64,000 nt of DNA from Lytechinus pictus (lineage: Eukaryota). The translations under genes were made by a program, and so were the position numbers. Below the pieces are notes generated by a model. The model made no database searches and was not told the DNA's origin. It saw nothing but the letters and a program-made list of their open reading frames with translations. The stretch spans positions 18,230,001-18,294,000 of the forward strand of contig NC_087252.1 in the NCBI RefSeq assembly GCF_037042905.1, read 5' to 3'. Below, one piece after another: positions 39,958-51,550 of the stretch; the stretch's first letter is position 1, and every line of letters starts with the position of its first letter.

Positions 39958-40114
39958 CACTGTAAAAAATGAAGTGCTAATTTAGCACTTACAGTGCTTG
40001 TAGTGACTGCACTACGAGTGCTGATTTTCTAGTTTAAATTTGTACTCGAAAATCAGCACTCGTACACTATACAAGCACTGTAAGTGCTAAATTAGCACTT
40101 CATTTTTTACAGTG
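39958..40114. mobile_element. Near-perfect palindromic CACTG MITE
   Basis: TA-CACTGTAAAAAATGAAGTGCTAATTTAGCACTTACAGTGCTTGTA and its exact reverse complement ending CAGTG-TA. Confidence 0.88.
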
Positions 40115-40488
40115 TAATTGAACACCTCCGATGGACACCAGTGTATATGGTGTAATATATGGTGTTGATCGGAGGATTACACCATACAAGGTGTTAGAAT
40201 TAACAGAATGCGAACACAATGATATTATATAGAGTGTTAAAGTAATAGCGATATAAAGGTAATTTTGTTTAAATATTCGAGACTTGTTATTTTCATATTA
40301 CTCTAATTATTTCAACATAATTATATGCAATGAAATAGAACCCTATAATATCCGAATTCCCTATAACCCACATGTGATTAAAAATGAATATCATTCATTA
40401 TTCTTTTTTTATTTATTTTTAATGCTAACTCATCTTAATAAGAAACAAAAGAGATCAATTTAAGTGTAATTAAGAAAAAAAAGTTGTG

Positions 40489-40560
40489 TTCCCACACCGG
40501 GAATCGAACCCGGGCCACGGCGGTGAGAGCGCCGGATCCTAACCACTAGACCATATGGGA
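40489..40560 (-). tRNA. tRNA-Glu (anticodon CTC)
   Basis: Reverse complement TCCCATATGGTCTAGTGGTTAGGATCCGGCGCTCTCACCGCCGTGGCCCGGGTTCGATTCCCGGTGTGGGAA; 72 nt, T-run terminator downstream. Confidence 0.95.
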
Positions 40561-42158
40561 TTCCACGATTACCATGGACGAGTATTAAATACTATTACCA
40601 TATAGTTGCGTTTTCTTGACCGTAGAGGGCTATCAATCAATGGAAATGGAACAGTAGAAATGATTTCCGTAGTTGTTTCCCTGACCAAATATGGACCACT
40701 TCGGTGGTATATCATTAATCATCGGATTTTAGTCTTTTAACAAGAAGTTTTACCGACCAGAGGCCTGAAGGTCATAATATGATTGAGGGGGGGGGGTTAC
40801 TGGACCCCAAACATTTTGACGACCACTGAAGGAGAAAAAAAAAAAATTAATGAGGAGAAATTAAATGAAAGAAAATAAAAAAGGATGAAATATTAAAATA
40901 TCGAAATCTCATATCACAAAATTAGATTTTCATTCTAAAAGGTCTTAATTTACCCCCCCCCCCCCGGATTTACCCTCTCTTGTTTCGCCATCTCTTTTTG
41001 TTTTAAAGAAATTTTGTCATACACAACTTGGTATATAGATTTTGCCAGGGAAGCAAAATAGGCCTTTAAAATAAAAAAAATCAAAAAAAAAATATATAAA
41101 ATAGGCCAAAAAAGGGATTACAGGCTGACGGAATAATTTTATAGATGACTAAAATCAGACAAACTATAATTATAAACCCTGAAATTATCATTAAAATCAC
41201 ACAAGAAAATAACAAAATTATGAATTTTCTTTTTTTTTTCTTCATTATTTCACAGAAGACAGTTTAATTGATTGTCTTAATTATAATGCAATCAGCAAGC
41301 AATCTTTCTATTGTAATTTTTATCAATACAATAAATTTTCTCTTCTCCAAGGATGAAAAAATTGATCCATTACTGACATAACCGATTATGACGACTAAAG
41401 CAATTTAAGGGATACATAAGCTAGCCCACCTATATTCAGCGTGCATTAAGCTATTTTCACCTATTATTGCCTAATTTTGCTTTGTGAATAGATATAGTTA
41501 TTTTCAGCCCGAATAGCCTCACCCCTTTAATTGTCATTGACCAATCAGTACTATGTGAAAAAGTGCCAGGTTGTACGGCCCGAAGTGATAATAGGCCCAA
41601 TTATTATTAATGGATAATGGCCATGGCTGATAGGCCTGATAATAATAATAAGAAGAAAAGTGATGATGGTGATTATCATAATGATTATAATAACAAAGAT
41701 TATAGGCCTACACACTTCGAAAGATAGGGTCAACTTTGCACCTTTAACAAAGGAGCAGGGTCCCGATTCATATGGCTATGATAAATGCACAATTTCTACC
41801 AATCAGATTGAAGGATTTCAGTATTTTTAAACTGTTATTGCAACTTTGTTATTATAATAAAATTTATGACAACGGAGCCCTGATCGATATGTCTGGGAGC
41901 ACCTTTAAGATAACTTTGTACCTCTCTGAAAGGTGTAAATTAGCACATAGAAGTTGCAGAATTGCACCCCAATTATTAAAGGTGCTTAATGCACCTTCAA
42001 GAGAAGTGCAAAGTATAGGCCTACTGTTCCACGTTTTCAAAAATGTTCAAAGTTGCACCGTGAAGGAATTTTGTGACAGTGGGAGATCCTAAGCAAAGTG
42101 GGCAAAAATATTTTCATCCACATTTCCCCAAATTAGCCACTAAAAGCTGTTATATTTG

Positions 42159-42760
42159 TTAATAATAAATAATAATAATTAACATTTATATAGCGCTTAA
42201 TACAACAGTTTCTAAGCGCATTGGAAAGAGAAAAAAGAAGTTGCAAAATACAGTGAAAGAGAACAGGATATGGAATTAAGAGGACTGCTTAATGAGGTAA
42301 GATTTGAGGAGTGTTTTGAAAGATTCGACAGTGGATGCATTACGGATGGAGATGGGGAGATTGTTCCAGAGTTTAGGGGCAAGAGCAGAAAAAGCACGAT
42401 CGCCATAACGGGTAAAAGTGCGGGGTCCTAGAGATAGTCGAAGGTGAGCAGTAGAAGAAGATCGGAGACGTTGAGTTGCAGAGGATGAGTGACAGAGAGA
42501 GATAAGATTTTGAAGGTAGGATGGGGCAAGACCATGGATGATTTTATAGACAAGGAGAAGGAGCTTGAAAATAATTCTATTATGAACCTGAAGCCAATGG
42601 AGGGAGTAGAGAATAGGGGGTGATATGTTCAAATTTCTTAGTGAGGGTTACCAATCTAGCTGCAGTATTTTGAATTATTTGAAGGGGGGCTATACTAGAT
42701 TGAGGTAAACCAGCAAGTAAAGCATTACAATAATCTAAATGGGATGATACAAAGGCATTT
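42159..42760 (-). mobile_element. 5'-truncated L2/CR1-group LINE (ORF2 C-terminus and 3' tail)
   Basis: LHWL-V--RI-FK-LLLVYK--HGLAPSYL...GDRAFS--AP-LWN-LP--IR...FK--LK motifs; upstream SHLDYCNALLAGLP; tail GCGCTATATAAATG then (TTA)n. Confidence 0.9.
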
Positions 42761-45700
42761 GTTGCTGTTTTTTACAGCCTTGGGGCAGTTCTAACTAAAG
42801 ACTGTTGATTTCAAGCACATCAATGTGCACGATCAAAGCTCGAGCTCAAAGTTTGGAACATGAGTACACCTGAAAATTGAATATTCTCAGCATTTTTTTT
42901 TGTTATCATGAACAAGATGCGTATGTAACTAAACAATTATTAATGCAAGTAGCTATAGGAAGCACGAGCTGAAATATTTCAAAATACTGACGTACATCAT
43001 ACGGACGTAGACGCTTTTTATTTAAGGACTGTTTGCAGTGATTCATGATTATGATACATACCTCATGGATCAAGTAATGTGAGTGCGTAGCGCAAGCTGA
43101 TTTTTTTTAAGTGAGTGCATCTGTGTCAAAGACCTTATCTGTGTATCTCGATCGCTAAAAGAAAACAATAAAAATCCGAATCGGGCAGAATTTTTTTTCA
43201 TTATTTTTAAGCCTCATGTTACCCTATTGATTCAATAGGGTATTTCTCTCAAAAAGTCAGTATTGAGAGCTCGAAGCGCAAGCAACGTTTTCATACAATG
43301 ACATATACCTGAAATCTTTCTTTTTTTTATTCCAATTATTCCCCTCCCCTTATTTCATTCAAATTTATTCCTTTCCTTATTCATCTTCTTTCTTTTCTCC
43401 TCACCTTTTTTGAGCCGCCAATAAGGGTCGGTGGGGGGGGGGGGGGGTGCTGCAGTCCCCTGGATCAGCCGATTACCCTTTCACAAATTTGTGTATAAAT
43501 GGAATATAAAAGCCGTGTTCATAGAGCGGGGGTGGCAGAGCCCCAAAAGGGGCACTTTTATGTCAAAATGGGAATTTTTGCACAATCATAATTTCACCAT
43601 GAAATTATCATTTGCGTGATGTAGTTGTGAGTTTTTAGCAATTAAGTTGAGCAAAGTCTTTTTAAAGTAATTTCTAATTGATAAGATATAGATTAAGGCT
43701 TTACTTGATTGTTTTCCGCGAGAGAGCGTTGCGAGCAAGTGGTTTGGAAAAAAATATTAAATCTGAAGTTGTAAAACTCGAGTTTTGGGTAAATGATATG
43801 GGCTAATTACTGTTAAAGGGCATCCTTGAGAGATGTTGCGGGCGCGAATTGCGGGCTCAAACTTTTGGACATCTAAGTCATGAAATTGAACATTCGATCC
43901 GAGCTTTGTAATCATGAAAACAAATGTGTATCTAACTATTACGAATAACGCAAGCGCGGAGCGCGAGCTGAATTTTTTTAATATACTGACCAGAAAATCA
44001 ACGTGTTAAGGATTGCATTTAGTGACTCATGGATAGGATACATATTTCACCAATCGAATAATGTGAGCGCGAAGCGCGAGCTGAAATATTGTGATATTTT
44101 AACCTGAATTTGGACATTCTAAGCATTTTTTTTGTAACCAGGAACAGAATGAGTACCTTGCTATAAACAACAATTGATGTGAGAGTGCAACCCGAGCCAA
44201 AGTCCAACTTCCTAGAATCTGTACATTCTTAAGTTTTTGCTACCATGAATAGGATAAGCACCCTACTGTAAACAATAATTGATAAGAGCGCGAAGTGCGA
44301 ACCCAATTTTTGTGTGATTTTTTTAACCTAAAATTTATTGCGTTTCCCTTCAAAAAAGGTATTTCATTTTGAAATAGGGCATACATTTCATTTTGAAAAA
44401 GGGCATTTTCTCCTTCGTTGATTTTTTCATTGGGAGGGTATGGGGCAAGTGTCCCCTATAGCTGCTCCGGTTTCGCCGCCACTGTCCTACCGCGTCTAAA
44501 ACATTTCTAGGGAATGAAACAAATATAGTTCAGTCACTGTGAAGAATCATAATTCATAAAAACTATTCAGTTTATTGAGTACAAGAGCAACGAAAAATAT
44601 TCATATTTTGCAAATAAACTTAGAAGGAAATGTACTACTAAAGGGTATAGCAAAAATGTGTTTTCGCGGAGGCATGGGTCGTGATCGGTCGTGATCCTCG
44701 TCGATGTTTTGAGGGGGGGGGGGTAGTGCGGCATAGACAGACACCGCGTTTTCAAAAGTGACGGCATTGTTTATTTTGTCACTGAGTAATTATTGATTAT
44801 TATCATTTTTTAATTTTAGGGGCACATCATCGGGGGGAACTCGCTTAATTGCCCTCCCCCAAAAAGAATTGTTATCCGATTGTTATCTTTTCCCCCTTCT
44901 CTCGAAACCGGGGGGGGGGGGACTTGTGATGAAGTTATCAGTTATGTGTGAACATATAGATATATACTAATTAGTATACATCTCTATGTCATTGTGTGTG
45001 AATTATTAAAAGGCATATTTAAAAATATTATTATTTTGAATAAGTTTTTGGTACCGGTACCGTGCTGGCCGGCCGCTAGCTGGCGGTATACAACTTGTCT
45101 CTTCAATTGTTCATTCAGCGATTAATCAGATCAGCTGGAGGAGCTGGACGAATGTTTCGCATGTAAACATCGTTAATATTTTGGAAAATTGCTCAAATTT
45201 TAGCAGTCTTTGGTAAGTGAATTATTGTATATGTGGAGATATGATATCAAGGATGATACTTCCCTCCGTTATGTTTTCAGTTAAGGTACGGAATGTGAGG
45301 AAAATTACACGAACAAGTAATTGTTTTGAATAGTGGGGGCCCTCAATTTGCGCTTTGGTTTTGCGGGGAAAATTCGTTCAGACTCGCGAGTGCGTGCTAC
45401 GCCTGCGGTATCCCGTTCGAGTTCCATACCTGCGGCTGCGCCTGCATGCTGCCCCTACTCCCTCGACAGCTGGCAGCGCAGCCTGCAGCCGTCTGTTTCG
45501 AAGAGTTTTTTTAAACATTTTTTTGTTTCTCCTTGTACATAGACGGCTCGCGATCATGCAGCCGCCATCTCCATTTGGGGGTTAACAATGCAAAATTTTC
45601 AATATTTTGTCTTTATTTCATAATTCCATTAAAAAAGAACTGGACCAAAAAAAAATATATATTTGACATTAGGATTTAGGGCCTAAAATAAATTTAATTC

Positions 45701-46069
45701 TAGGCCTAACTTATTCGGCCATATTAGCTAATATGCCCAGCCGCCATTAATACCGCTCATCTAAGTAAAAAATCCGGGACGGGCGCAAAACGCACACATA
45801 TGAACACACGTGTACAGTGCTTCGCGGTATATATAAATCTTAATTTCACTACGACGAGTGAATAGGTGAGCGTGGCGCAGTGCACAATACGTAAGCATCT
45901 AAGCGTTCGTGGTTCGACTCTCAACAAGGTTCTTTTTTTTTAAAGGGGATCGGGGATGTGAAGTATTTTGGTGCTATTTCTAAAGGTCGACATTCGTTTT
46001 TATTGCGTATTTCATGAACTTAAACAACTTTTCTATAGGCCCCTATTGCTTAAATCCGTATTTTCAGGA

Positions 46070-47031
46070 AATTTGTCACTCTATACTAGCACCTTAATAT
46101 GCCCAAAAGAATTTTGAATCAAATTTGCCTTTCCTACTTTTCTCTTTTCGCTCTATCCCCCCTCAGACATTTCAATCCCCCTGTCCGCTGCTTATATACC
46201 CCCAAAAGAAAACCCCTTTTCTCGCCCTCCGGGCCAACACGAATTATGAGAATCTTGGCTTGTTCATCACTATATACTAGCACCTTAATATGCCCAACAA
46301 CTTTTCAATATTGCTTTATTCCGTATTTTCATGAAGCTTGTCACTCTATACTAGCACCTTAATATGCCCAACAATTTTTCAATATTGCTTTATTCTGTAT
46401 TTTCATGAAGCTTGTCACTCTATACTAGCACCTTAATATGCCCAAAAGAATTTTGAATAAAATTTGCTTTCCTACTTTTCTCTTTTCGCTCTATCCCCCC
46501 TCAGACATTTCAATCCCCCTGTCCGCTGCTTATATACCCCCAAAAGAAAACCCCTTTTCTCGCCCTCCGGGCCAACACGAATTATTAGAATCTTGGCTTG
46601 TTCATCACTCTATACTAGCACCTTAATATGCCCAACAACTTTTCAATATTGCTTTATTCCGTATTTTCATGAAGTTTGTCACTCTATACTAGCACCTTAA
46701 TATGCCCAAAAGAATTTTGAATAAAATTTGCTTTTCCTACTTTTCTCTTTTCGCTCTATCCCCCCTCAGACATTTCAATCCCCCTGTCCGCTGCTTATAT
46801 ACCCCCAAAAGAAAACCCCTTTTCTCGCCCTCCGGGCCAACACGAATGATTAGAATCTTGGCTTGTTCATCACTCTATACTAGCACCTTAATATGCCCAA
46901 CAACTTTTCAATATTGCTTTATTCTGTATTTTCATGAAGCTTGTCACTCTATACTAGCACCTTAATATGCCCAACAATTTTTATATATTGCTTTACTCCG
47001 TATTTTCATGAAGCTTGTCACTCTATACTAG
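46070..47031. repeat. Higher-order tandem repeat of about 190-bp and 74-bp units sharing TATACTAGCACCTTAATATGCCCAA
   Basis: Anchor TATACTAG at 46082, 46273, 46347, 46421, 46611, 46685, 46876, 46950 and 47024. Confidence 0.92.
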
Positions 47032-48229
47032 AGCGTGATCGGTTCATCACGGACGGACATTTGATAGATTTTGAAAGTTTTGAAGGCTTGTAACAAATTA
47101 GGAATAAGATGAACAAGGTTCCTTTGTATTTTATAGTGAAGGGTAGGACAAAGTATGCTGAATGATGAAAAAAATTTGTTGCCATGGTTACCTACAAACA
47201 TAGGTATCCACTAAATGTGCCATATCACGGACGGACATGATAGAAATGTGGTTTTTAGAATTTTTGTACATTTTTATTGTTTCTATCTAAACAGCTTAAC
47301 ATTGACCAATAATTGTTAATGCAACTAACACTCAGGTATGTTAGCTTCTATGTTCAGCATATTGAATTCTTAACCAATATCAAACTTCTGAGAGAATTGC
47401 AAATATTTTCCATCACGGACGGACATCTCGGACGGACATCACGGGCGGACACAATCAAAATACATTGGAAGTACCCTGTAAGAAGTTCTTAATACTTTTT
47501 TTGGGGAACAAATGCTATTGTATTGATGATTTGTACATATTTTGAAATTATTAAACAGTATTAGTTGCACAATCAAGTTGCTACAACTTCAATCAAGTTG
47601 CTACAACTTGATTTAAGATGTAGCAACTTGATTTCTATGCTAGACGCAGAGTATAATCTAGAGCAGGGATTCTCAAATGGTGGCGCGCGCGCCACTTGTG
47701 GCGCACCGAGACTTCCGGAGTGGCGCGTGGGAGCCGGTATAGAAAAAGAAAAAACATTAGAAAATAAAAGGTTGATCTACTATTAATCTTGAATTGAGGT
47801 TTGATCATTTAATTACAAAGGGAGAATAAAAAACTCAGCTCTTTTTTAAATATAAATGCTATTTGATTTCCTCTGATTTTGTGTAATCTAGCATTCGATA
47901 ACCCCTATTATTGTGGATGATCTGTTTGATGTATTCATTTACGATTGGTACAAAGACTATGTACATAATATGTGAACATAGATTTGTGAACAGTGCTTTT
48001 AATAATAACAATAATAATCATAACTAGATTTTAATTCGTCATGCGGACGAATTAGGTGGTCTGTCGTATAGATAGATAAACAGGAAAAAAATATTTAAAC
48101 AGATATTAGATTGAAAAATAGATAGACAAACAGATTTACATAATCAAACAGATACATACAAGAAAGATAATTATATTAGATGGATGGAGTGATGGATGGA
48201 GAGATAAATTATAGGTGGTTATATTAATA

Positions 48230-48771
48230 AAACATAGACATATAAAGATAGATATAGAGAGACAGACATATAGATAGAGAGACAGACATATAGATAGATA
48301 GAGAGACAGACTTATAGATAGAGAGATAGATTGATAGATATATAGATATATAGATAGATAGAGAGATGATTGGTGGTTATATTAATAAAACATATATAAA
48401 CATATAGATAGAAAGAGAGACAGACAGATAGATAGATAGACAGATAGATAGACAGACATATATATAGATAGAGAGACAGACATATCATGAAGCTATTACG
48501 AGCTATCTCGTAATAGCTTCATGCTGCGTGGTCCTATCGCGTTATGTAAGCGGGCTCTAACTTTCGCCTGGCGGCTCGCCAATTGATGTTAGATATCGTT
48601 CCTTCGCCCGAAGGAAGCGATAACAAAGGATTAAGAGAGAAATTGGAAGATGGTTCTCCTTCTCGTGATAGCTTCATGGATAGATAGACAGACATATAGA
48701 TAGACAAACATATAGATAGACAGAGAGACAGAAATATAGATAGATAGAGAGACAGACATATAGATAGATAT

Positions 48772-48804
<33 letters not shown>

Positions 48805-49230
48805 CATATAGATAGATACAGAGACAGACATATAGATTGATAGAGATCGAGACAGAGATAGATAGAGAGACAGACATATAGATGAATAGAGAGACAGACA
48901 TATAGATAGATAGATAGATAGATAGACAGATAGATAGATAGATAGAGAGACAGACAGACAGATAGATAGATAGATATATAGATAGATAGATAGATAGAGA
49001 CAGGCAGATGGATGGATAGATAGATAGACATATCTAAACAGATAGATACATATATATTAGACAGAGAGAGAGAGAGAGAGATAAACAGACAGATAGATAT
49101 ACAATGTAGGTAGATAGACAGACAGACATATGGATAGATAGAGAGAGAGGGACGTATTCAAACAGAAAGATATATATTAGACAGAGAGATAGATATGTCA
49201 TGTAGGTAGATAGACAGACAGATAAATAGA
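48230..49230. repeat. Compound (GATA/GACA/GA)n microsatellite, present in every full subfamily B body
   Basis: Directly visible; source of the SIYL-repeat ORFs. Confidence 0.92.
48486..48678. mobile_element. 193-bp MITE-like insert within the GATA tract, repeated in each full body
   Basis: TIR CATGAAGCTATTACGAG / CTCGTGATAGCTTCATG; the left end is itself a 38-bp palindrome; internal hairpin TTCCTTCG-CC-CGAAGGAA. Confidence 0.7.
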
Positions 49231-49354
49231 TATGATATAAAAAAGTAATTATAATCTGTTTTATTTTGCAATATTTTAGCTATTATTTGTTAGAATTCTT
49301 ATAATTGATCGTGGGCAAGATAGCTAAAAAAAAAAAAAAAAAAAAAAAAATCAT

Positions 49355-49429
49355 GTTCACCCGCGGACTCGAACCCCTGCCTGCATGATGGAATGAGAAG
49401 TAAGTCTGACGCCTAACCGATTGAGCTAG
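49355..49429 (-). promoter_or_regulatory. tRNA-derived Pol III-type cassette inside the subfamily B body (also in the other bodies)
   Basis: Minus strand TAGCTCAATCGG...GGTTCGAGTCC followed by a run of about 25 T. Confidence 0.55.
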
Positions 49430-51517
49430 AATATTTCCCATAGACTTAACACGTAAGCAAAACACCAGAATCTCAAATCCAATCTTGCAAGTGAATTACG
49501 GGCATGATCCCGACATCTGATCGGAAAATGAAGGAAACGCAACCGAAAGCTTAGAATCTCAGCTACAACATACTAAAAGCTCAGGGATAACTAGCAACAA
49601 AAATTGGAGATATGGCTTACGAAATAGAAGAATGTAGAATCTAGTTTTGAGAAAAAGTCATGTCCCATAGAGATTACACGCAAAATGAGTAAAAATGACA
49701 TGCTATTATTATTTGCAATTTTTGAGGATGATTTGTCTATCAAAATGAAAAATAAAGGCAATAACTCAGAAAGAGTAAGAACTAAGCTACAACATATCAA
49801 AAATTGGGTGAAAATTGACCAATATTCACGGAGTTAGAGCAAGATTTGCATAATTATAATGACGTCATAATAGGCAAAATGGATTTTTTGAATTCCGACG
49901 CCATTTTGATGACGTCATAATATAATTGAGGGTCAAATGAGACATGAAATTATATCTCTAGTTCATACTCTATCAAAATATGAAAAAAAAATTGGGGGTC
50001 CCCATGCGTTCTGAAGAGCTACAGCGGATTTTCTATAGGCATGTTTTTGCCCATATATGGCCTATAGTGAGAGCTCGCGCGCACACGTGCTGCAAACTTT
50101 AACGGGTGTTAATTTCCTTATTAATGGTCGTAGAAGGTTGATCAAGGTATCAAATTGCTCAAAATTATATGATAAATGCGATGAAATAAAAAAAAACGGT
50201 GTTTCTGAGTTGCATTGAGGCGTTACGCGCGGAAACGCGCGCGCATACGTTTGCGCGCGCAATTTTTTGAAATGCTTAAAATGACCTAAAACGTACTCTG
50301 TTTTGGTCAAAAAGTGATTTTTAGCATTTTAAAATTTTGACGCGCGCGTACGCGCGCGTCGTGACCTTCAGGTGACCTTTGATGACATGACCTGATGACC
50401 CTTGATCTGAAGTTTATGTCATGTGAATTTGATTGATTTTTGATAATTGATAATGGAGATATGATTGATAATGTGATTTTACAAAATGGCGTCTAGATGA
50501 CGTCATGATGACGTCATGACATTAAGATTCTTGCAGAATTGAGGTCTTATTGATGTTGATATGTGGTGATATTTTGATGATTATTGAATATGGACTTTCT
50601 GAGATTTGCTGTCCACAAGAAATGGAGGAAATAAAAATAAGAAATAACTAGATTTTAATTCGTCATGCGGACGAATTAGGTGGTCTGTCGTATAGATAAA
50701 CAGGAAAAAAATATTTAAACAGATATTAGATTGAAAAATAGATAGACAAACAGATTTACATAATCAAACGGATACATACAAGAAAGATAATTATATTAGA
50801 TGGATGGAGTGATGGATGGAGAGATAAATTATAGGTGGTTATATTAATAAAACATAGACATATAAAGATAGATATAGAGAGACAGACATATAGATAGAGA
50901 GACAGACATATAGATAGATAGAGAGACAGACTTATAGATAGAGAGATAGATTGATAGATATATAGATATATAGATAGATAGAGAGATGATTGGTGGTTAT
51001 ATTAATAAAACATATATAAACATATAGATAGAAAGAGAGACAGACAGATAGATAGATAGACAGATAGATAGACAGACATATATATAGATAGAGAGACAGA
51101 CATATCATGAAGCTATTACGAGCTATCTCGTAATAGCTTCATGCTGCGTGGTCCTATCGCGTTATGTAAGCGGGCTCTAACTTTCGCCTGGCGGCTCGCC
51201 AATTGATGTTAGATATCGTTCCTTCGCCCGAAGGAAGCGATAACAAAGGATTAAGAGAGAAATTGGAAGATGGTTCTCCTTCTCGTGATAGCTTCATGGA
51301 TAGATAGACAGACATATAGATAGACAAACATATAGATAGACAGAGAGACAGAAATATAGATAGATAGAGAGACAGACATATAGATAGATATATAGATAGA
51401 TAGATAGATAGATAGATAGACATATAGATAGATACAGAGACAGACATATAGATTGATAGAGATCGAGACAGAGATAGATAGAGAGACAGACATATAGATG
51501 AATAGAGAGACAGACAT

Positions 51518-51550
<33 letters not shown>

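Noticed and set aside
45868..45940. tRNA-like sequence (TGGCGCAGTG...GGTTCGACTC...T run)
   Set aside because: Too degenerate to fold as a cloverleaf; at most a SINE or tRNA relic.
48534..49031. SIYL-repeat ORFs up to 197 aa across 48.5-61.4 kb
   Set aside because: Antisense translation of the (GATA)n tract.
49859..50517. Four TGACGTCA (CRE-like) palindromes per unit as an enhancer cluster
   Set aside because: They sit inside a transposon core, the same octamer also occurs in other repeats here, and nothing in the sequence shows function.
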